Origin: Mobula hypostoma
Lineage: Eukaryota
Direction: 5' to 3'
Assembly (NCBI RefSeq): GCF_963921235.1
Contig: NC_086097.1
Coordinates: 60,204,001-60,268,000, forward strand
DNA: 64,000 nucleotides
Position 1 is the stretch's first letter, and every line of letters starts with the position of its first letter. Below are positions 50,068 through 62,459 of this stretch, piece after piece. A program made the position numbers and the translations under genes. The notes beneath the pieces were generated by a model. The model did not search any database. It was not told the origin of the DNA and worked only from the letters and a program-made list of their open reading frames with translations.

Positions 50068-50169
50068 ACATCCTCATACACTGTTGTTGTGTTGAGAAGC
50101 CCCTTCTTAAGGACTGGTGTTCCGGGACATTCAGTCAGTGCTGTAGACCACCATTTGTTGCAGAATGAC

Positions 50170-50600
50170 AGCCTACAAAGTACCCAGGACATCTTAAGGG
50201 AGCGGTGACTCAGAAAGGTAGTGTCCATTATTAAGGACCTCCAGCACCCAGGACATGCCCTTTTCTCATTGTTACAATCAGGTAGGAGGTACAGAAGCCT
50301 GAAGGCACACACTCTGTGATTCATGAACAGCTTCTTCCCCTCTGCCATCCAATTCCTAAATGGACATTGAAGCTTAGGACACTACATCACTTTTTTTAAT
50401 ATACAGTATTTCTGTTTTTTGCACATTTTTATAAAATCTATTCAATATACGTAATTGATTTACTTGTTTATTTATTGTTATGTTTTATTTTATTTAATTT
50501 TTTCTCCCTCTGCTAGATTATGTACTGCATTGAACTGCTGCTGCTAAGTTAACAAATTTCACGTCACATGCTGGTGATAATAAACCTGATTCTGATTCTG
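50170..50600 (+). mobile_element. Rex1 3' end with (gattct)n tail
   Basis: Same family as 43565-43885; ends aataaacctgattctgattctg. Confidence 0.85.
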
Positions 50601-51422
50601 ACATCTGCACTGTGCCTCCCAGCTACAAATGGCTTTGTAGAAAGGTTTGGCCTGTGTCTAAGGAAAACACACTATGAGCAATGTCAGCAGAACGAACAAC
50701 AGTGAATCAGAAGCTTATCAATTTCCTTTTTGCATATCGCAATGTGCCAACTCCACAACCAACAACTCAACAACTGTGCAGTTTCTGCATTGTCCCTGGT
50801 GTTCATGTTTGGATGAACTCAAATCTGATCTCAGAAGGAGTATGCAGGATAAACAGCTGAGACAAATTGTGGGTGCCTCAAACAAGGATATTCGACGTTT
50901 CACTCCTGGACAAACTGTCCAGGTGAGGAAGTACAGAGGTGATCAAAAGTGGGTACTTGGAAAGATTAAGGACAGAACTGGACCACTCTCCTATACAGTG
51001 GAGATTGCATCTGATGTGATCTGGAGATGACACATCAATCAGTGAGGAGAGCAGCATCAATTTTTAGAGAGAAGGTGTTCAGAGCTGTCAGAATGACTTC
51101 CTGCAGTCGCACGTCAACTCCTACAACCACCACGAAGGAGGGTCCTGAACCAGAGATTGTTTCACAGCATCGGGTCTCACCTACCAAGCAGAGTGATCCC
51201 CCTTGTCAGGAAAGATGTTATTGCACAAGAGTAAGAATCACTCACAGCATTTAAATCTTCAGGCCTGAAAGGGACAATTTAAAATTTTCCATGCTGTGGA
51301 TGTCTATATAGTGGTTATATTATATAGTAGACTGGGTAAGATAAAGAAAGAACAAATTTTTGCATACTTGGGTTGAGATGCATTCTATATTGAGAGGGAG
51401 TTTATAACTAAGCAGGGAGGGA

Positions 51423-51660
51423 TGTAGTGTTTTCAACATTTAAATCATAATTGAGTAATATTGTAAAAACATTGTTTGATGAAGCATTCCTTGTTTTCTT
51501 ACATAATTTATTATGTCATATGTAAGATGTTAGTGAATAGCATATGACATTACACCATCACGTCATATTTGTGCTCCTTAATAAAAGTAAAACTAAGTAG
51601 ACATGTTTCTTGGCTCCTGTGTTTTGCGTATGGTTAATTTCTGGAGTTAACAAACATAAC
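51423..51660 (+). repeat. 3' LTR of Gypsy relic B
   Basis: PPT aagcagggaggga, then TGTAG...ctggagttaacaaacataac; homologous to 31342-31581. Confidence 0.82.
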
Positions 51661-51661
51661 T

Positions 51662-52358
51662 GTGATGAATCAGCATATAGGAAGGAGACTAAAAATCTGG
51701 CTAAACGAAATGTCAACAACAACCTGTCACTCAATGTCAAAGCTTATTGACTTCTGGAGGAGGAAACCAGAGGTCCATGAGCCAGTTCTCATCAAGGGGA
51801 TCAAAGATGGAGAGGATCAGCAACTTCAATTTCCTTGGTGTTATCAGTTCAGAGGATCTGTCCTTGGTCCAGCACCTACTTGCCATTTAGGGGATTAAGC
51901 ACAGTAGCGTCTCTACTTTCTTTGAAGTTTGTGAAGATTCGGCATGACATCTAAAACTTAGACAAACTTCTCTAGATGTGTGGTGAAGATTATATTGACT
52001 GATTGTATCACGGCTTGATATGGAAACACCAATACCCTTGAACAGAAAAGCTTACAAAAAGAAAAGGATATGGCCTAGTCCACCACAGATACAGCCTTCC
52101 CCACCATTGAGCACATCTATACGGAGCATTGTTGGAGGAAAGCAGTATCATTTATCAAGAACATCCACCATCCAGGACATGCTCTCTTCTCGCTGCTGCC
52201 ATCAGAAAAAGTTAGAGGAGCCTCAGGACCCATACCATCAGGTTCAGAAGCAGTTATTACTCCTCAGCCATCGGGCTCCTGAATCGGAGGGGAAAGCTCC
52301 CTCAACCTGTGGGCTCAATTTCTATGATTCTTTATCTCATGATCTCAATATTTATTAG
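51662..52358 (+). mobile_element. Rex1/Babar LINE 3' portion
   Basis: gatgaatcagcatatagg, aggaaaccagaggtccatgagccag, tatggaaacaccaat; same family as 38650-39300. Confidence 0.82.
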
Positions 52359-52673
52359 TACGAAGTCAACGTGGCTTCCTTCGGGGAAAATCGTGCCTGA
52401 CGAACCTGCTGGAATTCTTTGAGGAGATTACAAGTAGGATTTATAAAGGATGTGCAGTGGATGTTATATACTTGGAATTTCAGAAGACCTTTCACAAGGC
52501 GCCACACTGTTTACTAAGTTAAAAGACCATGGTATTACAGGAAAGTTACTAACATGATTGGTAGGAGCAGCGAGTGGGAATAAAAGAATCTTTTTCTTGT
52601 TGGCTGCCAGTGGCTAGTGTAGGAATCAGTGTTGGGACCACTTCTTTTTATGCTGTACATAAATGATTTAGAT

Positions 52674-55146
52674 CAGTGGTCCCCAACTACTGGGCCACGG
52701 ACTGATACCGGGCTGCAAAGTATGTACTACCGGGCCGTGAGGAAATGATATGATTTGGCGGTATGAAACGATATGAGTCAGCTGCATTTTTCCTCATTCT
52801 GTGTCACACCCACTGTTGAACTTGAACACATGCGAGTCATTATGCACGTGAGGTCATTACCCACGCAAGGTCATCAGTCAGTCATTAACCTACAACTACT
52901 CTATGAGTAAAAAACAAACTTTGCTTGAGGGTTTCTTTGGAAGAGGTGGTAGGGGACATAAAAGGTCTAACAATTATGATAACACAGAGACAGCTGAGGC
53001 TGAGACTGCAAAAAAAAGAAAGCTTCTTCAACAGAAAATACGATGAGTCGTACATAAAATATGGCTTTAATGTGATAGGTGACTCGCATGCTCCAAGCCC
53101 CTTGTGTGTGATATGTGGAGACAAGCTGTCTAATAAGGCAATGAAGCCCTCAGAACTGTTTTGGCACCTTGCCTCCAAGCACCCTGCACTTATGGACAAG
53201 CCCGTCAAGTTATTTGAGCAGAAAAAACATGAGCAAGCGGGACAGGAGCAAGTGCTGAGAGCCCCACCTCCACAAATGCTGCTGCTCTGAGAGCATCGTA
53301 CTTAGTGGCTAGCCGTATTGCTAAGGCTAAGAAGCCTTTCACTGTTGGTGGTGAATTGATTCTGCCTGCTGCTAAGGTCATGTGCCGTGAACTGTTGGGA
53401 GAAGCTGCAGCTAACAAGATGGCACAGGTTTCTCTTTCAGCTACCACAGTTTCAAGGAGAATCGATGACATAGTGGAGGACATCGAAGCACAGCTGTTGG
53501 AAGAGCTTAACAAGTCACCATGGTATGTTATCCAGGTCGACGAGTCTACCGATGTCAACAACAAGGCAATACTGCTGGTTTATGTGCGATATATATTTGA
53601 AGACGATGTGCACAAGGATATATTGTGTGCATTGTCGCTGCCAACTAACACAAATGGGGCAGAACTATTCAAGTCTTTGAATGACTACATGTCAGTCAAA
53701 CTGGACTGGCCATTCTGTGTTGGAATATGCACAGACAGGCTGCAGCTATGACTGGATGGCTGTCTGGTTTCATTACCCGAGTCAAAGAGGTTGCTCCTGA
53801 ATGCCAGTCTACACACTGTGTCATACACAGGGAAATGCTGGCTAGCTGAAAAATGTCACCTGATCTTAACAGCATATTGAATGACGTTGTCGAAGTTATC
53901 AATCACATCAAAGCAAAAGCCCTTAACTCACGTCTGTTTGAGCAGCTTTGTGAGGAAATGGATGCAGAGCATAAATGCCTTCTCTTACACACTGAAGTCA
54001 GGTGGCCATCAAGGGGGAGAGGCCTGGCCAGGGTTTTTGAGATAAAAGAGCCGCTACAGAGATTTCTTTCAGGAAAAAAGTCACCACTGGCAGCACACTT
54101 CAGTGACAAGGAGTGGATAGCAAAACTCGCTTATCTGTGTGACATCCTCAACCTGCTCAATGAACTCAATTTGTCACTTCAGGGGAGAATGACAACTGTC
54201 TTCAAGTTGGCAGATAAAGTGTCTGCTTTCACAGCCGAACTGGAACTGTGGGGACGGCGAGTGGACAGGGGCATATTTGACATGTTCCCAACATTAGCTG
54301 GGATTTTGGGAGAGACCGAGGCTGCGCCATCCTCACAGCTGGTGCGCAATCACCTATCTTTGCTGTCAACAGAATTCGAGCGTTACTTCCCAACTGCAAA
54401 TGACTCAAGACGTGCAAAGGAATGGGTCCGTGACCCATTTGTGAATGTCCCCGGTGAATCATCCATGTCAGCGCGGGAAGAAGATCAACTCCTAGAGGTT
54501 GCAAATGACGGTGGGCTGAAAAGTATGTTTGACATAACATCTCTGCCGGCATTCTGGATGAAAGTCAAGGCTGAATATCCTGAGACAGCCGCGAAAGCAC
54601 TGAAAACATTGCTTCCATTTCCAACATCATATCTTTGCGAATCGGGGGATTTCTGCAATGAATACAACAAAAACTAAATTGCGGAATAGATTGGACATAA
54701 GGAACCGCCTTCAAGTATCGCTGTCTCCCATCACCCCTCGATGGGACCGTCTCGTTGCAGGGAAACAAGCCCAGGGCTCCCACTGATTCAGCGATATTGG
54801 TGTGTTACAATGATTTTATATATTCATACGAGGAAAATATGCACTGTGTGTTTAATATCCAAATGTTACTTAAGATGTTATGATGCTATTGACTTATAAG
54901 TGACTTATAATTGACTTATCACTATATTCATGTGAGGAAAATATGCAGTGTTTTTAATATTAAATTTGTTAGATAAACCCTTTTAGAAATGAAATTGAGT
55001 GTATTAGCCACTTGTAAGTGACTTATAGTTGACTTATCACCTATACTCTGGTCGTAATTAACACCCACCCACACCCGTCGGCTGGTCCGCAAGAATATTG
55101 TCAATATTAAACCGGTCCGCCATGCAAAAAAGGTTGGTGACCCCTG
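52674..55146 (+). mobile_element. hAT (Buster/Charlie group) DNA transposon, full length
   Basis: 8-bp TSD ATTTAGAT (central TA) at 52666-73 and 55147-54; TIRs CAGTGGTCCCCAAC / CAGGGGTCACCAAC; 3' subterminal direct repeats. Confidence 0.96.
52903..54786 (+). pseudogene. Frameshifted Buster/Charlie-type transposase
   Basis: ATG MSKKQ..; RKYDESYIKYGF..CVICGDKLSNKAMKPS..HLASKH zinc finger; QVDESTD, ICTD, HCVIHRE, LLHTEVRWPSRG, LLPFPTSYLCESG; stop at 54784-86. Confidence 0.92.
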
Positions 55147-56069
55147 ATTTAGATGATGGAATAGATGGCTTTGTTACCAAGTTTGCAGATGATATGAAGA
55201 TTGGTGGAGGGATAGGTAGTGTTGAGGCAACAGGTAGGATGCAGAAGGACTTAGACAAGTTAGGAGAATGGGCAACAAGGTGGCAAATGAAATACAATGT
55301 TGGAAAATGCATGGTCATGCACTTTGGTAGCAGAAATAAATGTGTGGACTATTTTCTAAATGGGGAGAAAATTCAAAAATCTGAGATGCAAAGGAACTTG
55401 GGAGTCCTTGTGCAGAACACCCTAGAGATTAACTTGCAGGTTGAGTTGGTGGTGAGGAAGGCAAATGACATGTTAGCATTGATTTCAAGAGGTCTAGACT
55501 ATGAGAGCAAAGATGTGATGCTGAAGGTGAGGCCTCACCTTGAGCACCGTGAGCAGTTTTGGGACCCTCAAGCTGTGCTGGTTCACAAGGATGATTCCAG
55601 GAATGAAAGGGTTATCATACGAGGAACGTTTGATGGCTCTGGGTCGGTACTCACCAGAATTCAGAAGGGTGAGGGGGATCTCATTGAAATGTTTTGAATG
55701 TTGAAAGGCCTAGACAGAGTAGATGTGGAAAGGGTGTTTCCCACGGTGGTAGAGTCTAGGACAATAGGGCACAGTCTCAGGATAGAGAGACGTCCTTTCA
55801 AAACAGAGATGTGGAGAAATTTCTTTAGCCAAAGGGTGGTGAATTTGTAGAATGTGTTGCCACATGCAGCTGAGGAGGCCAAGTCGTTAGGTGTATTTAA
55901 GGCAGAGATGGATACGTTCTTGATCGGACATGGCACCAAATGTTACGGGGAGAAAGCAGGAACTGGGGTTGAGGAGGAGAAAAAAAAAGAATCAGTCATG
56001 ATTGAATGGCGGAGCAGACTCGATGGGCCAGCTAGTCTAATTCTGCTCCTGTGTCTTATGATATCATGG

Positions 56070-56270
56070 ACTTTATTGCTTAGTTATTGTTATCATTATT
56101 GTTGTTGCCTTTAGCACATGGATTGTTTGTCGATTCTGTAGGGAGCAATCTTTCATTGATTCTATGACGTTTCTCGCATTTACTGTTAATACCTGCAAGA
56201 AAATTAATTTCAGGGTTCCATGTGGTGGCTTCTATGTACTTTAATAATATTTTCTTTGAACTTCTTTGAA
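56070..56270 (+). mobile_element. Rex1-type 3' UTR fragment
   Basis: tctttcattgattctatg..gcaagaaaattaatttcagggtt..tttgaac. Confidence 0.65.
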
Positions 56271-57509
56271 TTACATGGCACAATATCCCTGCAGGCAGGA
56301 CCAAAGGAATAGATGTCGGGATGTCAGAGACAAGTTATACAAGTTCTACTGCAACAGGACAGATGAGGGCTTTGATGGGTGTCCTGTTTACAAATTCTGT
56401 TTTGGTGCCCATTAAATTGCAAGATTTTCACTGGGTGTATTCAACGTGAGTGAGTACATTAATGATAAGCTGGGTTAGTTGTGATGTGAACCCCATTGAT
56501 ACTTATACAGTACCTCCTTATCTCTGATCACGCAATCTGATGGTATATTGGGGAGCTGCCAGAAAGCTGTGTTTGTTCTGGAGAGGAATAGAAGCGTCTT
56601 GCATCAAGCTGGAACGATGCACACTGTGGAGCTTAGAGCCTGTGCTTTCCACTATGGAACTGGTGGAGAAGAAGATATCTGCATAAAATATCACTGACTG
56701 TGAGAATAAAATGGAAAAGCTAAATATTCTGGGTTTTGAGATTCTAAATTCTAGATTAGATAAACATTGTTGATGGGGGAACCACATTGTTCTAGGTGGG
56801 ACTACTTTGAAATAAGATAAGAAACAGGGACATTGATATTTTTTTTGGGTAAGTGCATCTGGTAACCAAGCACAAATCTTTCGGTTACTATGGAATAAGC
56901 AGGACCAGCTAGCAGAACCTGGAAATTAAATTTCAACACATGAAATATGGAATACAGTGACCCCACTAGCTTTCAACCAAGCATGATAAATCGCAAGTAT
57001 GGTAATGCCTTAAAAGAAAATACATCATTCAGATGCAGATACAAGAAACACAAAGGAAAGGTGAACACAGCCACCAATAGAATTGATCAGTTCCATACTT
57101 CATCACCGCAGCTGGTCAGAAGAAAGATCTCCTGACCCTGCAAAAGAGAGCATAGTGTACCTAAGCATTAGTTTGACAAGCCAAGCATTTAAAATCTCTC
57201 AGAGAGGATAGTTGTATTCCCTGTTTAATCTCTTTATGTGGTTAAATAAAGATAACTGCTCAGAAAGGTGATGCTCCTGTGTTGTATCAAAGCTTGTTTT
57301 CATCTATGAACCTAGTAAGGGAGAAGCAAAAGCAATAAATATCTTCTGCAGATCCCATCAACTCATTGATGGAACCATCCGCTATCCACAACTGACGGAT
57401 AGTGTCTCAGCTTCCTTTGCCCCACAAGTAACAGACATTCACAGTCTCAGGAAACTCAAGCTGTTGTCCTCAAAGAACTGATTGCTAATGTTTTAAAGGT
57501 TTTTCACAG

Positions 57510-57790
57510 AGGACATAGTTTCAAGGTGCTTAGAAGTAGGCACAGAGGAGATGTCAGGGATAAGTTTTTTATGCAGAGAGTGGTGAGTGCGTGGAATGGG
57601 CTGGTGGAGACGGTGGTGGAGGCGGATACGATCGTGTCTTTTAAGAGACTCCTGGATAGGTACATGGAGCTTAAAGAAATAGAGGGCTATGGGTAAGCCT
57701 AGGTAATTTCTAAAGAAAATACATGTTCATCACAGCATTGTGGGCCGAAGGGCCTGTATTGTGCTGTGGGTTTTCTATATTTTCTATGTT
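57510..57790 (+). mobile_element. CR1 3' end
   Basis: cagagagtggtgagtgcgtggaatggg..gggccgaagggcctgtattgtgctgt..(ttctat)n. Confidence 0.85.
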
Positions 57791-59099
57791 TTGGTTCAAC
57801 AATCTGCCTTACAAAATTAAGTGGATTGACAAGATGCTACTGCGGTTGTGGGACAACAGCTCCACAAACCATAGGGTGGCAACAGTTATTCTCAGAACCT
57901 TACCAAACTAACAATGTCCTTCCTGCTCCCTATCAGACAAGTCTGTCCCAGACTGCTTCCATTTATCAAGATTGGGAGGTCTGAGGCTGAGCATATTCAG
58001 CACAGAACTGCTGCAACTTTACCTCCAGTAGCATCTGTGTTCTCTCTGACTGAAAGCTATTGTGATAGCATGTTAGAAGAACCAGGTCAGGGAAAGGCAC
58101 ATAAAAAAATAGGAACCAAGAGAATGGACAAGGATCAAAAGTGTTGTGATCTCTTTTTGTGCCTCCTCCCTCTGTTTCTCCTCAAGATAGCAAGCATGCA
58201 CAGTGTGCAACATACCTCCACAAACCTCAAGGACAAATCAGTTAAGTACTGCATTATTCTCTGTGAATAATCCTAAAATTGCTTGCCAATGCTCTCTGCT
58301 CTATCATTTATCTTGTGTGTGCGTGTGACAGCAACCCTTTTGAATGCATGCTCGTCTAGATCTATGGGTGGTAGGCAAGAGTCATGAGCCATGCCATTAG
58401 TAAGTAGTCCCTACAACACTTTGCCGTCTTTTGATTTGCTTTGTTGAGTGACAACTGCCACTGAAATGAATAAATCATGATGGTTGTTCAGATCCCAAGC
58501 ACAGATCTCAGCAGTATGGTGCATGTGAACGTGCATCGGCCGCATGTTGCAGAAAAGCAATTCCTATTGGGTCCTCTTACACAGCCTTAACCTTTTCTGC
58601 AGGGGAAAACCAGTTAATATCCTCACAGCAGGAAACAACTGAAAATATTGTTCCTTACACAGCTCCTACTATGCCTTTCTCTATAGATATTTGGTTTTGT
58701 TTGCTGTTTCTTTGCAAGATACCTTTTACATTTAGACATTACCTACTCTTTAAATTTAGAAATTCTAAACAGAACTCACATTAATGACCATAAATAATAT
58801 TCTCTCTGTGACCTCTTTCATCTTTCCCCTTTTCTCTGATCCCTCTTACAGTGCTTAAACCACAACTACAATAATTGGGTTTACACACCTCCCTTTTGAT
58901 TATACCCTCTCATCCGGTTTGTGCAATATAAGGCATCCAGTGCGACATACGTGCTTTGATGGAGATATGTTTTAATCTTCTTAATAAATATTTTCCCTGA
59001 TGTTTACACTTACAAATGGCCATTGAAGTCAGAGCTGGATATATTGGAGACATCTTTTTACTTGCGCATGACTTGTTACTTGGTGACATCACATTAGTT

Positions 59100-59799
59100 T
59101 ATTAGATTAGATTAGATTAGATTATGAGAACACTCAGTCCTCATTTATTGTCATTTAGAAATGCATACATGCATTAAGAAATGATACAATGTTCCTCCAG
59201 AGTGATATCACAGAAAAACAGGACAAACCAAAGACTAACACTGACAGAACCACATAATTATAACATATAGTTACAGCAGTGCAAAGCAATACCATAATTT
59301 GATAAAGAACAGACCATGGGCACGGTAAAAAAAAAGTCTCAAGTCCCGAGTCGATCGATTCCTGAGTCCCCGATAGCAGGCAGCAAAAGGGAGAAACTCC
59401 CTGCCATAAACCTCCAGGCACTGACAACTGCCGATGCATTAGAAGCACCCAACAACAGCCGACACTGAGTCCGTCCGTCCGAAAACTTCGAGCCTCCGAC
59501 CAGCCCCTCTGATACAGCCTCCCGAGTGCCATCCTCTGCCGAGCACCTTCGACCTCGCCCCGGCCGCCAAAACAAGCAAAGCTGAGGATTCGGGGCCTTC
59601 TGCTCCGGAGATTCTGGACCACACAGTAGCAGCGGTAGCGAAGCGGGCATTTCAGAAATTTTCCAGATGTTCCTCCGTGCTCTCACGTCTGTAACCGTCA
59701 AATCAGAATTGTGCATGGTACCCTACTTGACAGATTACAGATATCATTCATCGGAGAGGCCGCGTGCACTGCGTCGTGTTGCCATCTTCTCCTCCTCCT
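59100..59799 (-). mobile_element. Non-coding non-LTR element with (ctaat)n tail
   Basis: Minus strand: 5' ggagaagatggc, CpG-rich body, AATAAA, a short stem-loop, then (ctaat)n at 59101-59122. Confidence 0.7.
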
Positions 59800-62459
59800 G
59801 AAGGAGGAATCTAGAAGAAATGTTTGTGTTGGTACAATCAAATATTACAGATTTCCTTTTCAACTTTCACCCTGCTTGAAACTAAGTCAGCATTGACACT
59901 GAATTCCCCACAATATCCTTGGAGGAATGTTAGTCTTCACTTTTGGTGAACTTTAGGTTCACACTGAGTTGTGTATTCCTGCTGAAGACTGCTGGTCATG
60001 GTGTAAAACAGGTGACATAAGGTTTGTGTGGAGCAATGTACATATATCCACTGACACAACGACTCAAGGAAACTTGCAGTTTTTGCAAACCCTAGATTCC
60101 ATATGATTCTTTTCAACAAGGTTGTGATGGAGAGCACTCTGTCAGCGCACTGCTCACACAAACTCATTCATACACACACATTGCCTCACTACTCTGCTAT
60201 CATTGCAGTGAGTACACACACTTCAATGTCTTCCCTGATATATTCTCATAATTAAACCACTGTTCCCCCCCCCCACATTTCTACATATGCTCAAGAGTCA
60301 GACACTAAAGTTTAGTTTAACTTCATTCTTTATTTTTACTCAACCATAAGTGTGCGATTTTGTTGTCATCTCCCAGCAGTACCATTGCGTCCGCTGAATA
60401 CTAAGCCAAGTTAATACTCTTGGGTTGGCTTTGTGGTGCCTTTCCCACCATACAAAGTAGAATATTCCATTCCATTTCTTCAGTAATGGGGATATGTAAA
60501 TGTATATATGTTGTTAGTATACTGTATCCAATGTAAATACTTCTGTTTATTTTGTAATATGATTGTAACTACATTGTGAGGTGCTTCATATTCTAATTCA
60601 TGCGTAGCCTTATGTTTACATTGTTGGTAATGAAAGATGGTATGTCCTTGTGCCTTAAAAGGAGCTCATTGCCCTCAGTATGAGGGAGAGACAAGGCTTG
60701 CAAGGAGTTCACACTGGGCAAGAGTAATTATGGAGCAATTATTGTTTTCTTGTAGTTTTTTTGTAAGTATTGGCATTTTATTTTCACTAAAGTATAAAGT
60801 AATTTTTGAGAGTTTGATTTTTGACGCATTTAATAAACACCCTTGCACTAAAGTGTAAAGCAATTCCAGCCATTTCATCTAGAACAGAGAATTTTCTTTT
60901 ACCCACAGCACATTGTTAATTATGCATGCTTTCACCATAACTGAGAAGAGACAGGGCATAAAAGTGCACAGATACACTAACCTTGACAGCCACTCATAAG
61001 CCTGCTCCTGCTCTTCGAGGTCGTTGCACTCAATGAGCTGCGTATAGGAATATGTGATTACATGTGTTACAGTAATTTGTCACAGGTTAAACCATTCTGT
61101 GTGTCTGCCAGCTCCCCTGTGCACAAGGTGACAAACACATAAACAAACTTGGTAACTAACAGTAAAATGAAGAAAGGCAGATCATTCGTCATTGGTAGAA
61201 GCCACAAAGAGAAACGAGCAGCACGATGACAGCAAAAATTCATCAGGTTAAAGGTCACGACAAAAGCTGCTGGGTACGCAGGCAATCTAAATGTGAGGTC
61301 TGTCAGCCACGACCACCTTGCTGTTTTTGCCTCTAAAGCACCTGATAAAACCATATTTAGACCAGTTAATTTGCTTCAGTCACTATAGAGTAGCATAGTG
61401 TGCATTTCACAATGACTGCTTTAGCATATATTTTAGAAGACTGACGGCTGAAAAAGTGAAATTAAAAATGATGCAGCTACCTGCCATCTGTATGATGAAC
61501 CTGTAATATACCTGTCCATGACTCTGCAGATAAGTGCATCAAATAAGTCTTAATTTTCAATAAACCTCAAATCAGTCCTCAGCCCTTTCATTTACTGTAA
61601 TGAATTGCAATAGGGTCAGGTCTGTAACATCAAGAAATCCAAAAACAGAAGTTTAACCTTCTGGCAGCTTTCATGGACGAGATCCTGAGTGAAGCCCAAT
61701 GTTTTGAACAATGCTCATCACTGAAGCCTAATAGGAGAATTAATAATCACCTGTGGGGTAATTTAGAGTAACTGATTTATCTATGAATCAGAATATGGAA
61801 GAAATTCAGAGCATCCTGAGCATGCAAAATCCATAGAAACAGCACCCAAGATCAGTTTTCTGGAGTTGTGAGGCAGTCGCATTAATCCCTGCACAACTCT
61901 GCCACCCCGTACTGCAAGCTTTTTTCCCCACTGTAGGACCCCCTAATATATATTCTGTGTCCTTTAGGATTAATTAAGGAGACCAAATATAAGCCCTGAT
62001 CTAAAGCATTCTGCCCTGAAGAAGCCACACCACATGTGACTGCAGGAGGAGATCTAGCACTTGTACTACAGTTGAAGAATACCACATTAAAATCAATGCA
62101 CCAACTCCTCCAAGGAGCACTAGACTGGCTCGTTAAAATTTCCATCCTCAGCATGGTTCTGAAGATTCTCTGTTACAGGTATCAAACCACCTGAATACCA
62201 GAGGTGGGCAACATCAGATGAGCACACAGTTGTCTACCTAGAATCCTGAGATCACTCTGTGGGACTGAGCCTCCTGACTTCTCACACAACATCAAGAGCT
62301 TATACACCCACCAGCTCTCAGACTCAGTCATCACCACAGCTCCCAAAACTGCTGGCCCAGAATATATATCCACCAGCTGGTATGTCACAGACAGGTGCCA
62401 GCCATCAAAAGCACAAGCTTCTTTGCACTCAAATATTTTGTTCCAGTAAATGTGTTTTG

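Larger units (their letters stand above)
42352..51660 (+). mobile_element. Old Ty3/Gypsy relic B (same family as A), fragmented by many nested insertions
   Basis: gag (LEPKPLL..QKEGE; CYHCARDSHTPNQC knuckle) and protease 42352-43220; RT/RH 47912-48303 and 48590-49443; IN 50068-50168 and 50601-51254; PPT and LTR. Confidence 0.88.
52365..56068 (+). mobile_element. CR1 RT/3' portion split by the hAT transposon
   Basis: GKSCLTNLLEFFEE before the hAT; DLDDGIDGFVTKFADDMKIGG..KYNVGKC after it; CR1 3' UTR to ~56068. Confidence 0.9.

Noticed and set aside
52903..54786. Domesticated ZBED5/SCAND3-like gene
   Set aside because: Frameshifts and stops plus intact TIRs and TSD show a transposon copy.
54815..55045. 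CRISPR-like spaced direct repeats
   Set aside because: Only two or three imperfect units, located in the hAT subterminal region; eukaryotic context and no cas genes.
56510..56730. Minus-strand exon after a strong acceptor (ttttattctcacag)
   Set aside because: All three frames hit a stop before a plausible donor, and the peptide is not recognisable.
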